DNA from: a virus
Strand: one strand, 5' to 3'
Virus record (IMG/VR): IMGVR_UViG_3300038416_000738
Length of the DNA stretch: 64,000 bases
Under the pieces are notes generated by a model. It did no database searches and had not been told where the DNA came from. It saw only the letters and a list, made by a program, of their open reading frames with translations. Shown piece after piece: positions 26,944-36,662 of the stretch. Both the position numbers and the translations under genes were made by a program. Position 1 is the first letter of the stretch. Each line of letters begins with the position of its first letter.

Positions 26944-27216
26944 GTGTGGGGTAACTTGAATCTCGCGATGCGCAAGACGAAGCACGCGCCGACTTTCTTG
27001 CCCGCGGTGAGGCCTCCGTTCCGCGCGGAGGCCCCCAAAGACCGCGTCGGCGAATGGCGTAAGCACATCGAAGAAGCGATGCAGGATGCGCGCAGCATGG
27101 GGATCGGCGCGCGGGTGGTCTCTCAGGACGGAATTCTTTTGGCTCGTTTCGAAAACGCTGTGCGATTCATGACACCGCAGTCGCGAGACTACGGGATGAA
27201 ACCCAAGAAGCCATGA
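26944..27216 (+). CDS. hypothetical protein
   Basis: ORF track. Confidence 0.4.
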   Translation: MWGNLNLAMRKTKHAPTFLPAVRPPFRAEAPKDRVGEWRKHIEEAMQDARSMGIGARVVSQDGILLARFENAVRFMTPQSRDYGMKPKKP

Positions 27217-27992
27217 TGACGAGGCGCGCGTTCTCCTCGTGGATGGAGCCGAACCAAGTTTCCATCTATGACGGAACCAAGTGGGTCGTCGGGAGCACGT
27301 CTGCACCGAGCGTGCTTGCGGGTGATGTCACAGGTCCGCCAACAAGATTCCGGACGCTCCGTGATCCCAAGGTTCTTCGTCCCTTCGTCTTGAAGTGTCC
27401 TTCGTGCTCGGCCCCCGTAGAGAGCGGCCGAACCCATTGTCGGTACTGCTGCGTGCCGCTCGCGTGGGAGCCCGTGGAGTCCCTCTCGAAAGACGATCGT
27501 TTCTACGAGATGATCGAAGAGGTTCTGGACGACGGCGAGCCCGTCGGCGCGACGCTCGGGTTCGGCCCGACCGAAGTCTCGTGCATGTCGGAAGTGCACC
27601 TGCAGACGCAGGCATCGATCGTGCTGCGCCCTTCCCACCTCTACGTTCCGCCGAACATCGCCGACGATTTCTCGATCGTGGACCTCCGCATCGGGTCCCG
27701 CTCGCAATTCGTTTCCGTGGGTGCGCTCCCAGCATCCGTGTTCTCGGTGGGGCGGGGCTCGCCCATCGCGTGCGGGGACACCGTGACGCCCGGGTTGATC
27801 GTCAAGCTCGTCGTGCGAAACGAGAGCCTTCGGGATCTGAAGTTTCGCGCGATGCTCCGGTGTAAGACGCTGGAGGGGGTTGGTCGGTCGCTGTCGCGCA
27901 TACCTGGTCCACTCGAGCAGATCGAGCAGATCGAGCAACTCTGTTATTCCGCTACGTTGCTAAATTCCCATACAGTCGGGAAAGGGCGATGA
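27213..27992 (+). CDS. hypothetical protein
   Basis: ORF track; CPSC...CRYCC motif; (EQI)3 from 9-bp repeats at ~27918. Confidence 0.5.
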   Translation: MMTRRAFSSWMEPNQVSIYDGTKWVVGSTSAPSVLAGDVTGPPTRFRTLRDPKVLRPFVLKCPSCSAPVESGRTHCRYCCVPLAWEPVESLSKDDRFYEMIEEVLDDGEPVGATLGFGPTEVSCMSEVHLQTQASIVLRPSHLYVPPNIADDFSIVDLRIGSRSQFVSVGALPASVFSVGRGSPIACGDTVTPGLIVKLVVRNESLRDLKFRAMLRCKTLEGVGRSLSRIPGPLEQIEQIEQLCYSATLLNSHTVGKGR

Positions 27993-28564
27993 AGATTATT
28001 TTTCTCGACTTCGACGGCGTCTTGAACTCGCACATCTTCATGATGAAGGAGCGTCTTCGAGATTCGTTGAAATCCGGCGGCGTCGCGGGGATCGATCCCG
28101 AGGCGGTCGCGCGCCTCAACGCGATCTGCGTGCGAACCGGCGCCGTCGCTGTGGTGTCCTCGTCGTGGCGCTACGGGCACCCGCTCGTCGAGCTTCGGGA
28201 GATCCTTGGCGCTGCGGGTTTCGTCGGCGAGGTGATCGACACGACGCCGCTCCCGAAAGAGTTGATCGGCGAGCAGATCGAGAACGTCTTCGATAAGCAC
28301 GGCGCGAATGCACCGCTCGACGTGGTCACGAAAGAGATCGCGTCGATTGCCGTCTCCCACGCGCGCGGCGCAGAGATCGACAGGTGGCTTGCGTCGAACG
28401 CCGGGGCTCGTGAAGTGGGCGCGTTCGTCATCTTGGATGACGACTCTGACACCGATCCGCACAAGGACCGTCACGTGAAGACGAGCTTCTCGGTCGGCCT
28501 ACGCGACGAACACGTCGAGCTTGCCGTAGAGATTTTGGGCCGGCCATGGAAGAGGACCCGATGA
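27989..28564 (+). CDS. HAD-superfamily hydrolase/phosphatase
   Basis: motif I 'IIFLDFDGVL' (DxDG[VT]); Rossmann-like remainder; 'ILDDD' motif IV-like. Confidence 0.7.
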   Translation: MKIIFLDFDGVLNSHIFMMKERLRDSLKSGGVAGIDPEAVARLNAICVRTGAVAVVSSSWRYGHPLVELREILGAAGFVGEVIDTTPLPKELIGEQIENVFDKHGANAPLDVVTKEIASIAVSHARGAEIDRWLASNAGAREVGAFVILDDDSDTDPHKDRHVKTSFSVGLRDEHVELAVEILGRPWKRTR

Positions 28565-28743
28565 GCCGGGAGCTGAGCGATGATCGCTTGAAGCAGCTCT
28601 TGAAGTGCGTGAGCGAGGTGGACGGCCGGAAGATTCCGCCGAACACGCCGTGCTTTTGGGATGAGCACGATCGAGTCGCGGCGACGTACACGGATCTTCA
28701 GGACATGATCAAGGAGTTGCTCCAGCTCCGCGGCGCCTCGTGA
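28546..28743 (+). CDS. hypothetical protein
   Basis: ORF track. Confidence 0.35.
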   Translation: MEEDPMSRELSDDRLKQLLKCVSEVDGRKIPPNTPCFWDEHDRVAATYTDLQDMIKELLQLRGAS

Positions 28744-28793
28744 GCCTGTGAGTCTGGGCTGAAAGAGCTTGGTGGTGGTCGTACGTTTGCAGT

Positions 28794-29090
28794 ATGCTCG
28801 CGACCTCCATGAAAAATGCAGCGGCAGAGACGGGCGAGAAGAACCGGGTGACATGTGAGTGCGGCAGTCCGCTTCCGGTTCATTTTCTCGAGCTTGCGGA
28901 CGAGCGCTTCAGTCACATTTGTCAGTGCGAGCGGAAGTACAAAGTCGAAGGCGGCGCCTTCGTGCGCGACGGTTTCGAGGTGAACCCGTTTGCGCGCTTC
29001 GACGATGCGCTGGCCAAGGCGAAGAAGACGAAGAAGGCGCGGGCAAAAAAGACGAAGAAGGTGGAGACGGCGACGCGAAAGGAAGGGTGA
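28794..29090 (+). CDS. hypothetical Cys-containing protein
   Basis: ATG inside conserved GTTTGCAGTATG 12-mer; CxC...CQC. Confidence 0.4.
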   Translation: MLATSMKNAAAETGEKNRVTCECGSPLPVHFLELADERFSHICQCERKYKVEGGAFVRDGFEVNPFARFDDALAKAKKTKKARAKKTKKVETATRKEG

Positions 29091-29094
29091 GCCT

Positions 29095-29604
29095 ATGCAG
29101 TCGAGCGGGAGCGTGAGCATTGCGGAGGGCGTGCGCTGGGACGGGATCGACAAGACGCCGGAGGTCCATCCGACGGCAGTCGCTGAATACGTCAAGAACG
29201 GTTGGATTATCTTGATGGCGTACAACGTTCGCGACGACGTCCACGAGCAGACGTGGGCGCGTGGCTACCAGGAGAGCACTGTGCGGAGCGAATACCGTCC
29301 CGTCGTTCTCATGGGCCAGACGAACCTCGACGCGATTCACGAGGAGAACGCGCGCCTCGTGGCCGTGAATGCGAAGCTCGCGGAGAGCGACCGACAGCAC
29401 CAGGAGCTGAAGAAGAACCACGAAGGACTCTCGAGGTCCCTCGCCGATGTCTCGCGACGCCTCGCTGAGGCTGAGGGGCATTCTTCGGACTGGCTCCGGC
29501 GCGCGACGGAGCACGACGCGCAGAAGCGCAAACTCGAGACAGACATCGGCAAGATCCGCACAGCGATCGGCGAGATCCGGATGAAGGAGATTCTCGGTGG
29601 CTAA
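29095..29604 (+). CDS. hypothetical protein with C-terminal coiled coil
   Basis: ATG 29095 in frame with ORF 28990..29604. Confidence 0.5.
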   Translation: MQSSGSVSIAEGVRWDGIDKTPEVHPTAVAEYVKNGWIILMAYNVRDDVHEQTWARGYQESTVRSEYRPVVLMGQTNLDAIHEENARLVAVNAKLAESDRQHQELKKNHEGLSRSLADVSRRLAEAEGHSSDWLRRATEHDAQKRKLETDIGKIRTAIGEIRMKEILGG

Positions 29605-30001
29605 CATCGAACCCCCCATGCAGATGGGTGCCGAGCGCATCGCGAAAGAACGTGCGCGGCAGATCTCGGAAGAGAACTACGACGAGTGGCATGATGACGA
29701 GCACGATGGTGCCGAGATCGCGATGGCGGCAGCGTGTTACGCAGCCTCGGCGGCCAGCAGTCGCATTTACGTAATGAAGGAGTTCGCGGCGGGCGTGACT
29801 TTCGACGACCCGTGGCCGTGGGACGACTGCTACGACAAACGGCCTTACGACGGAAACGTGCTCCGGGAGCCCGTATCGGATGCGCAGCGGATCCGGATGC
29901 TCGAGAAGGCGGGCGCACTTGTCGCGGCCGAGATCGATCGCTTGCTCCGTAAGCCTTCCCGTCCCAAACGCTCTTCATCGAAGAGGAAGAAGGGCGCGTG
30001 A
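29597..30001 (+). CDS. hypothetical protein
   Basis: GTG start; ORF track. Confidence 0.45.
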   Translation: MANIEPPMQMGAERIAKERARQISEENYDEWHDDEHDGAEIAMAAACYAASAASSRIYVMKEFAAGVTFDDPWPWDDCYDKRPYDGNVLREPVSDAQRIRMLEKAGALVAAEIDRLLRKPSRPKRSSSKRKKGA

Positions 30002-30150
30002 CCTGGGCGGAGAAGGACGTCGAGACGTGGGAAGAGCCTTGCAAGAAATGCGGGTCCCATCGTGTCGGAGAAATCGAGTGCAACACGGACAACCCCGACG
30101 CGCTCGAGCACGCGTACTGGGTCTGCGTCGATTGCGGCGAGGAGCGATGA
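29998..30150 (+). CDS. hypothetical Zn-finger miniprotein
   Basis: GTGA overlap; CxxC...CxxC; 50 aa, below ORF-track cutoff. Confidence 0.3.
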   Translation: MTWAEKDVETWEEPCKKCGSHRVGEIECNTDNPDALEHAYWVCVDCGEER

Positions 30151-30344
30151 CGATGGGATGCGGAGCGCGCGTCTGGGACAACGGCGACATGATCGATTGC
30201 GGCGAGAAAGTGCTGCGGGGAAACCGGTGCGCGAGGCACGTGCACGACGAGGTGTGCTCGCTGCTCCTCGAGATCAAGAAAAAGAAAGCGGCGGTTGCAA
30301 GGTTGGAGAAGAGGCTCGCGGAGCTTCAGACGGAGTCAGGATGA
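30147..30344 (+). CDS. hypothetical small protein
   Basis: ATGA overlap; Cys-containing. Confidence 0.35.
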   Translation: MTMGCGARVWDNGDMIDCGEKVLRGNRCARHVHDEVCSLLLEIKKKKAAVARLEKRLAELQTESG

Positions 30345-30532
30345 AAGAGCCGGACGAGAACTCGAGCGCCGAGGAGTGGAGGGCGTGGGCTCACGATCAC
30401 GTGGACATGTATGAGCGGACCGTCGTTGTTCCCGCGAAGGTGCTCCTCGCGCTCGTCGCGGCGCGTGACGCGGCGCGCGAGCAGGCGGTCGCGATCCGCG
30501 GCGCCTGGGACGCTGAGAGGGAAAGGCTCTGA
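30341..30532 (+). CDS. hypothetical small protein
   Basis: ATGA overlap. Confidence 0.35.
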   Translation: MKEPDENSSAEEWRAWAHDHVDMYERTVVVPAKVLLALVAARDAAREQAVAIRGAWDAERERL

Positions 30533-30840
30533 TGAAGAAGGATCGGAAACCTCCCAAGGTCGTCGGGCTCGACAGGGCGATCGAGAAGATGCCCGAAGAA
30601 GAGCGGGCCGGGGCGCGTGAAGCGGTGCTCGAGATGCTCAAGAATTTCGACCCGGACAAATGCAAGCCCGTGCGACCGCTCCCGGACGGCGCAAAGGACT
30701 GTCCCGACTGCGGGAAGAAGCTTCGCGTCAAGAAAGGCGCGTCGGAAATCCCTGCCGTCATGGGACGCGCAGCGAGGCTTGTGCACTTCGCCGAGTGCCG
30801 CGCGTGTGGGGAGTTTTTCATGCTCGAGGCGAAGTCGTGA
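30532..30840 (+). CDS. hypothetical Zn-ribbon protein
   Basis: CPDCG...CRACG. Confidence 0.45.
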   Translation: MKKDRKPPKVVGLDRAIEKMPEEERAGAREAVLEMLKNFDPDKCKPVRPLPDGAKDCPDCGKKLRVKKGASEIPAVMGRAARLVHFAECRACGEFFMLEAKS

Positions 30841-31349
30841 GCCGCGATCGAGATAGTCGGTCAAACGAGAGCGTCGAGGCGTTGAAGAAAGAGAACGCGG
30901 ATCTTCGCGCACGGTTGTCGAATGAATCGGTGGGACCGGCGGAACGCTTCGCGCTCGGGAACGTCGAAATTGAGCGGCTCCGGAAAGAGAACGATGAGCT
31001 TCGGGAGAGGACGACGTTTCTCTCCATCTGCGGTCCGCATGAACTCGTCGGCTTCGAGATCGGCAGCGGGTGTACCCGCATGTGGAACAATGGCGAGAAG
31101 ATCACGAACGATGACCTCGGGCGACTCGTTGCCGTGTTTAACGAAAAGTTCCATTACGGCCTCTTTGTCCAGTACCACATGGCGAACAACGACCGCGGCC
31201 AGTACAGGCTCTTCGCGATCTACCGTCACACGGACGTCGGCGCCGACCCGGAGCGCAAAAGGCAGCTCCCGCGCGAGGACGAGACCGCGATGAAGAACTT
31301 CGTTCGCGGGTTCATCGCGGCCGTGGAGAGCGAGAGGAAGGACGGATGA
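30837..31349 (+). CDS. hypothetical protein with N-terminal coiled coil
   Basis: GTGA overlap; composition protein-like (FHYGLFVQYHMANND). Confidence 0.5.
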   Translation: MSRDRDSRSNESVEALKKENADLRARLSNESVGPAERFALGNVEIERLRKENDELRERTTFLSICGPHELVGFEIGSGCTRMWNNGEKITNDDLGRLVAVFNEKFHYGLFVQYHMANNDRGQYRLFAIYRHTDVGADPERKRQLPREDETAMKNFVRGFIAAVESERKDG

Positions 31350-31612
31350 GCGCGAACCACGATGGTTACGAACAGGCGATGCGTGACGTGATTGGCGTGC
31401 TCGATGCGGCGGACGCGCTCGGCGGTAGTGGCCCGCGAGCCGTTCGGGTCGCGATCGAGCGCCTTCGGGAGAACAACCTCCGGTATAGGGCGGAGCGTGA
31501 AGTCGCCGATCATCTTGTGGAGCATGCGGAGGGTTGCGCATCACTCCATGATGCTGGTGAACCTGGTGCGCGCGGCCTTCCGTGCGACTGTGGAGCGGAG
31601 GGATTGAAGTAA
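31346..31612 (+). CDS. hypothetical protein
   Basis: ORF track. Confidence 0.4.
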   Translation: MSANHDGYEQAMRDVIGVLDAADALGGSGPRAVRVAIERLRENNLRYRAEREVADHLVEHAEGCASLHDAGEPGARGLPCDCGAEGLK

Positions 31613-31613
31613 G

Positions 31614-31832
31614 ATGGGTGCGATGCCTTCCCCGAAGCCTCACACCTGCTCGCCGCTCCTCGCGCAAAAGGCGAAGAACGCGTCGTGCGAAGAATGCGAG
31701 CGGCAGTCGTACATCGTGTGCGACTGCCCCGAAGGATGGTTCCCGCCGCACCGGCGCGTCGAACTCCGGAAGCTCGCGCATGGGTTCGGCGGCGTGCTCG
31801 CGCACCATCCGACGTGCGCGAAATGTCGATGA
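31614..31832 (+). CDS. hypothetical Cys-rich protein
   Basis: ORF track; 8 Cys. Confidence 0.4.
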   Translation: MGAMPSPKPHTCSPLLAQKAKNASCEECERQSYIVCDCPEGWFPPHRRVELRKLAHGFGGVLAHHPTCAKCR

Positions 31833-31857
31833 CCCGGACTCGTTGTATTCTTGGACG

Positions 31858-32166
31858 ATGTCTCGAGTCTCTTGGCCAGCGGCGCTCCTCCTCTCGGTGC
31901 TCCTCGTCTGCATGACGTACCTCGTCTCGAAGGGGACGATCCCGAGCCACGCGCTCTTCGCGATCGCGGGCATCGTGGTCGGTTACGTGATCCCGAAAGC
32001 GCGGGCCGACGCCGCCGGCATCGGCGCCCTCGCGTCCCGGGCACACGTACGCAGTTCAGAGGATTTCTCGCCGGAAGAGATCCCGACGAAGAAGGATCTT
32101 CGTTCCGAGGCCGTGACAGCGGTGATGCCGGCGGCGAAGCGGCCTGAACCAAAGTCTGAAGATTGA
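31858..32166 (+). CDS. hypothetical membrane protein
   Basis: two hydrophobic helices. Confidence 0.4.
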   Translation: MSRVSWPAALLLSVLLVCMTYLVSKGTIPSHALFAIAGIVVGYVIPKARADAAGIGALASRAHVRSSEDFSPEEIPTKKDLRSEAVTAVMPAAKRPEPKSED

Positions 32167-32201
32167 TCGCGAAGGTCGCGAAGAACGAAGGAGAGGGAAA
32201 G

Positions 32202-32453
32202 ATGGACGACAAGGACGAGGCTCAGGAGAAGCTCAGGGCGAAGAATTTCCGGCTCGGATTCTACAAACACCACAAGGGGCCCCTATACGAAGCGACAGGC
32301 GTCTCGATCGACGAGGCGACGCTTGCGCCGCTCGTCCATTACACGTCGGTCTCGCACGGCACTCGATGGACGCGCACGCTGGAGAACTTCACTGAGGAAG
32401 TCGACGTGGGTGGCGAGAAGAAGCCGCGCTTCCGATACTGCGACGGTTCGTGA
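32202..32453 (+). CDS. hypothetical protein (DUF1653-like?)
   Basis: 'YKHHKGPLYE' resembles DUF1653 core; alt start 32163. Confidence 0.4.
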   Translation: MDDKDEAQEKLRAKNFRLGFYKHHKGPLYEATGVSIDEATLAPLVHYTSVSHGTRWTRTLENFTEEVDVGGEKKPRFRYCDGS

Positions 32454-32503
32454 TAGCTGCGCTACGTGTTCGTGATATCTTTCCTGAGGGACGGGTTTGA
32501 TCC

Positions 32504-32770
32504 GTGGCAGCGAGACCAGAAACGTTCGACGCGCTCGTCGCGAAGCTCTCGAAGCAGAACTCTATCCTCGTCAAGAGACAGATGGCGGGCGTCGACTACG
32601 TCACGCTCGACGACGGCGTCGTGTCGCTGCGCAAGAATGATGGGCGCATCGTCCTCGAGATGGCCTACGAGACTTGGCAGAAGCTCGAGGAGGCCGCCGA
32701 GAAGGCGAAGAGCGAAGAGTCCGCGTGTGAAGTGAGGAGCGAATGCATCCAAGGAGGAAACGAACCATGA
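32504..32770 (+). CDS. hypothetical protein
   Basis: ORF track. Confidence 0.35.
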   Translation: MAARPETFDALVAKLSKQNSILVKRQMAGVDYVTLDDGVVSLRKNDGRIVLEMAYETWQKLEEAAEKAKSEESACEVRSECIQGGNEP

Positions 32771-33447
32771 CGACTTACGCGTTCGTGAATCAGTCGAAAG
32801 CGGCCGAGCTTGCCCCAGTCGCGGTGCTCGGGCAGATGGTTTCCGACATCCAGGAAGCGTACGACCTCGTCTTCGCGCCAGCCCTCGGCACGCTCACGGT
32901 GACCGTCGAAGTCGGGCCGGCGAAAGAGAGCACGGATCGCGTGCTCGTCTTGAAGGACATGCTTCCCGAGGCGCCCGGTGCGCTCGCGTACCATTCTGTC
33001 GACGACAAGGGCAGGCCAGTGCTTTTCCTCGGCGTCGAGACGATCCGTTCCGACGGCAACTTCTCGGGGCAAGCGCTGCTCGACCAGATCAGCATCGCGG
33101 CATCGCACGAGATTTTCGAGACAGCGGCCGACCCGTTCTGCGTCCTCTACTGCTTCGTGGACGGCAAGAACGTGATGCTCTCCTACGAGGTCTGTGATCC
33201 GGTACAGGGCGGCAGCTTTAAGCAGGGCAAAACCGCGATCTCGAATTTCGTCCTCACGGATTACTGGGACGCGGGCGCCCAAGGTCCGTACGACTACTGC
33301 CACCAGCTCTCGACGCCGCTCTCATGCGACGCCGCGGGCTACCAGGCTTGGTCGGATGGGACGCAGACGTTCGGGTCCAAGATGTCCGAGATGAAGAAGC
33401 ACACGGTCAAGAACTACGGGCGCAAGACGATGCAGAAGGCGGCCTGA
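32767..33447 (+). CDS. hypothetical protein
   Basis: ATG 32767 in ORF 32743..33447. Confidence 0.5.
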   Translation: MTTYAFVNQSKAAELAPVAVLGQMVSDIQEAYDLVFAPALGTLTVTVEVGPAKESTDRVLVLKDMLPEAPGALAYHSVDDKGRPVLFLGVETIRSDGNFSGQALLDQISIAASHEIFETAADPFCVLYCFVDGKNVMLSYEVCDPVQGGSFKQGKTAISNFVLTDYWDAGAQGPYDYCHQLSTPLSCDAAGYQAWSDGTQTFGSKMSEMKKHTVKNYGRKTMQKAA

Positions 33448-33453
33448 AGGATC

Positions 33454-33714
33454 ATGGCGCTCCGAATCACGATCGAGTCGGTCCCCGTTCAGAACCCGCA
33501 GAAGAAGCGAACGATCCGTGTGCTCGAGATCTCGCACGCGAGTGAACTCGAGGATGTCCCGCTCGAGGGCACCTCGGACTACTTCGTCGTCTCGCTCGGC
33601 GACAGCGCAGGCAAGAAGAAAGAGGGCACCATTCGCGGGCACCAGCGCATGATGTGGGGCCCGTGGAAGCTCGTCTCGAAGGCCATCCACGCGCTCAAGC
33701 TCGACCTGGAGTGA
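33454..33714 (+). CDS. hypothetical protein
   Basis: ORF track. Confidence 0.45.
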   Translation: MALRITIESVPVQNPQKKRTIRVLEISHASELEDVPLEGTSDYFVVSLGDSAGKKKEGTIRGHQRMMWGPWKLVSKAIHALKLDLE

Positions 33715-33715
33715 T

Positions 33716-33979
33716 ATGCGCGGAGTGGAAAGGATGGTTCGAGCTGTTCGTTCGATCCGGTGCGACACGTGCGGGCGCGAGCAGTTTCTCTTGAGCGAGG
33801 TGTTTCCCATGGGTCTTTCCGAGGACGAGGCGAAGATTATCGGGTGGACGGAGGTGAACGCGGGGTCGCGCGGTTCGCTCGTCGATTTCGGCGGCAAGTG
33901 TGCGTGGCTCTGCCCGCTTCATGCTGAAGGCGGCATCTCGAAGCTCCGAGCGGTGGCGAAAGAGGCGGGCGTTAAATGA
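33716..33979 (+). CDS. hypothetical Cys-containing protein
   Basis: ORF track. Confidence 0.45.
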   Translation: MRGVERMVRAVRSIRCDTCGREQFLLSEVFPMGLSEDEAKIIGWTEVNAGSRGSLVDFGGKCAWLCPLHAEGGISKLRAVAKEAGVK

Positions 33980-34245
33980 ACGATGTTGTTGCCCCTCGTG
34001 TGGAGGAGGAGAAGATTTGCACCTCGTGCAAGGAGCCGCTGCCTCCGGAGATGTTCGACGAGTCAGACTCATCGAAGGACGGCCTGTCGCTGAGGTGTCG
34101 ATCGTGTGAGACGCGTCTCGCGCGCCTCGAAGAGGATCGCGAATCTGCCCGAAGGAAAGCGGCGGAGGAGGCGCGGGGAGCTGAGACGAAGCGCGAGTAC
34201 GTCGGGATTCGCGGCGGTCTTCTCATCGCAGGTTACGTCAAGTAA
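33976..34245 (+). CDS. hypothetical Zn-ribbon protein
   Basis: CTSC...CRSC. Confidence 0.45.
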   Translation: MNDVVAPRVEEEKICTSCKEPLPPEMFDESDSSKDGLSLRCRSCETRLARLEEDRESARRKAAEEARGAETKREYVGIRGGLLIAGYVK

Positions 34246-34271
34246 AGGATAGGGAATGGCTTGGTTGAGGA

Positions 34272-34562
34272 GTGCGGGGAAAGGCAAAGGCGATCGTGAC
34301 GACGCTCCATGACGTCTGCAAGGCGCTCCACGCGCGTTGCGAGTTCGCGTTCCAGGAGGACCCGGATACGGAAGTCGGGAAAGTCCGGCGCAATAAGACC
34401 GATCCGGAGTGCTGGCTCTTCTACGTCTACGTCTTTCACGAGAGTCCCGCGGGCCGCTCTGTTCAGCGATCGAACGTCGTCTCCGTTTCGGCCGCGGGCA
34501 TCGGCGTGCACGGGCTCGACGAGCAGGCCATCGCGACGATCTTGAAGGAACCCATTCTGTGA
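34272..34562 (+). CDS. hypothetical protein (upstream partner of DUF433)
   Basis: ORF track; stop overlaps the DUF433 start. Confidence 0.4.
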   Translation: MRGKAKAIVTTLHDVCKALHARCEFAFQEDPDTEVGKVRRNKTDPECWLFYVYVFHESPAGRSVQRSNVVSVSAAGIGVHGLDEQAIATILKEPIL

Positions 34563-34831
34563 TGTTTGTTCATGAGGATGCGCGCTTCGAGGTGAAGGTG
34601 CATCCGCACGTCGAGCTTCGAGACGGCAGTCCGCTCATCGAGGGCTCGCGCGTCCCGGTGCGCCGTCTTTGGGACTTTCACAAGCGTGGCGTGCCGATCG
34701 CGACGCTCATCGCGCGCTACCCGCTCCTTGGGCCCGCGCGCGTCCTCAGCGCGCTCGCGTTCGCCTATGACAACGAAGCCTTGATCGCATGGGACTTGGA
34801 GCGGTTGGCCGAGGAAGAAAAGCGAGGATGA
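34562..34831 (+). CDS. DUF433-family protein
   Basis: 'IEGSRVPVRRLWDFHKRGVPIATLIARYP...LSALAFAYDN' matches DUF433 (antitoxin-like HTH) core. Confidence 0.55.
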   Translation: MFVHEDARFEVKVHPHVELRDGSPLIEGSRVPVRRLWDFHKRGVPIATLIARYPLLGPARVLSALAFAYDNEALIAWDLERLAEEEKRG

Positions 34832-35130
34832 AGATGGACATCTTGAGCGCGCAGCTCTCCGCCGCGACGGACAAGGCGATGGTCGAGCTTCATGGCAAGA
34901 CGATCGAGAGGGTGCAGCGTGAGACGGCCATCACGTGGGCGGGTAGAGCCCTCGCTTCGTACGCGCTTTTGGCACAGACAGGCGAACTCCAGCGTTTGCT
35001 CGACGCGGAGGAGTATGGGCACGAGGCGCTCGAGCACGCCGCCCTCGCGGACCCGAGCCTCTGTGGCGCGATTGCACTTCACCTTGCAGACGCGAAAGAG
35101 CGCGCAATGAGAGCGACAAATCCGCTGTAA
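34828..35130 (+). CDS. hypothetical protein (downstream partner of DUF433)
   Basis: ATGA overlap. Confidence 0.4.
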   Translation: MKMDILSAQLSAATDKAMVELHGKTIERVQRETAITWAGRALASYALLAQTGELQRLLDAEEYGHEALEHAALADPSLCGAIALHLADAKERAMRATNPL

Positions 35131-35187
35131 GGTGCCCTAGCCCGGGACAGTTGGCGACGAAGGGCAGATGGGCGTAGGCTTAGGTCC

Positions 35188-35400
35188 ATGGCAATCGTCG
35201 GCATTCTCACCCTTGTGATCGCTGTGCTCGGTTGGATCTTGTGGGCGGCGCTTTCCGGTTTCACGCGAGGGACGTTCGCGGAGACCGGCAAGATCGCTTT
35301 CGCAGCGGGCCTCCTCGCTTTCTGCATCGCATCGGGCTCACAGAGCTGCTCGGTGGGCACAGGCGGCGGCGGCAGCGGCGGCTCAGCGCAGCACCACTGA
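35188..35400 (+). CDS. small membrane protein
   Basis: two TM helices then G/S tail. Confidence 0.35.
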   Translation: MAIVGILTLVIAVLGWILWAALSGFTRGTFAETGKIAFAAGLLAFCIASGSQSCSVGTGGGGSGGSAQHH

Positions 35401-35410
35401 CGCATTCCTG

Positions 35411-36085
35411 ATGAAAGCTCGCCTCGTGATGGGCGCCCTGGGCGCGGCCGTGGTGGTGGCTTGGTGGAAGCGAAAGCGGCCGAGCACGAACGTGATGAGC
35501 GTTGCGGAAGATCATCGGGTTGGGCTCGTCTTCTACGATCCCGATCTCGCGAAGTTCGGCAATGCGATGAGTCCGTTCGTGGAGATGCCGTCGTTCAGAG
35601 ACGCTCACCTCGCGATGCAGAGGCCCTTCGAGGATCGGTACAACCCGCGCTACGAATCGCAGGATTATTTTTCGCCCATGATGCTGCCTCCGTCGCCAGC
35701 GCGTCCCGAGGTGCCGGACGAAGTTCACCGCGCGTACGATTACCTCGTCTCGTTCGTCGCGGATCATCCGGCGATCGCGGAGACCCTCATGATCAGCTAC
35801 GCGGGAGCGCGGCTGCCGGACGGGAGTTACGTCGACACGCGGCCGCCGGGCCGGGGAATCATTTCGGTGGAGGAGTCGCGACAGCAGCCTGCTCTGAACG
35901 CCGTCTCGTTCGGGATCGAGACGCGCGCGGAAGCAAACCGCTTGAGGGCTGTCTTCGGCGATGAGGTCCTCGGCGTGCCGATCGTTTACTCCGTCCGCGA
36001 GGAGTGGCGAAAGCAGATGCCCCGCATCGGTCGTCCGCTGCGCGACGACCTCATCCGGTCGACACCCGCGAAGGAGACAAGATGA
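35411..36085 (+). CDS. hypothetical membrane-anchored protein
   Basis: N-terminal TM/signal anchor. Confidence 0.5.
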   Translation: MKARLVMGALGAAVVVAWWKRKRPSTNVMSVAEDHRVGLVFYDPDLAKFGNAMSPFVEMPSFRDAHLAMQRPFEDRYNPRYESQDYFSPMMLPPSPARPEVPDEVHRAYDYLVSFVADHPAIAETLMISYAGARLPDGSYVDTRPPGRGIISVEESRQQPALNAVSFGIETRAEANRLRAVFGDEVLGVPIVYSVREEWRKQMPRIGRPLRDDLIRSTPAKETR

Positions 36086-36276
36086 AACAGAACCAGAACT
36101 TTGGTTTGTGGCTCAAGGGCTTCGGCTGGCTCAAGACAGTCGGTCTGCGCATCATCGGAACACGGGCGCAAATTCTCGACACGCTGACGTGGATGCGCAC
36201 GTACGGGGTGCGTGGGTTTCCAACAGCGCCCGACCCTAACGATGCGCCGTGGGTTATTCGTCGTATTGGGAGCTAA
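36082..36276 (+). CDS. hypothetical small protein
   Basis: ATGA overlap. Confidence 0.35.
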   Translation: MKQNQNFGLWLKGFGWLKTVGLRIIGTRAQILDTLTWMRTYGVRGFPTAPDPNDAPWVIRRIGS

Positions 36277-36298
36277 CCGGACGAGCACGGGATGATCC

Positions 36299-36613
36299 AT
36301 GGGCATCGAATTTCCTGTCAGCGTGGAGTGCGACAAGTGTTCGAAGCGAACGACGTTTCGCGTCGTCATCACCAAGCTCAAGCCGAATGCCGAGATGCAT
36401 CTCAAGATGGTTCATGGGTGGTTGGCGACGTCGTTACCTGAGAGCGGTGAGCTTCTCGTTACGTGTCCCGACTGTAATCCGATGCTCGTGAGCATTGCGC
36501 CACCACCGCTGTCGCCATCGTCGCTCGCAGATCTCGAAGAGGTCGTTGAAGTGGTTGGCGATCCAGCTACGGATCCCACCATGCTTGCTGGTGAAGTGCG
36601 TTCGAAAAAGTGA
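36299..36613 (+). CDS. hypothetical Zn-ribbon protein
   Basis: CDKC...CPDC. Confidence 0.4.
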   Translation: MGIEFPVSVECDKCSKRTTFRVVITKLKPNAEMHLKMVHGWLATSLPESGELLVTCPDCNPMLVSIAPPPLSPSSLADLEEVVEVVGDPATDPTMLAGEVRSKK

Positions 36614-36662
36614 AATGATCGTCGTGAAGCGGGTGACGGGTGCTTCCATTCGCGCGTGAGCC

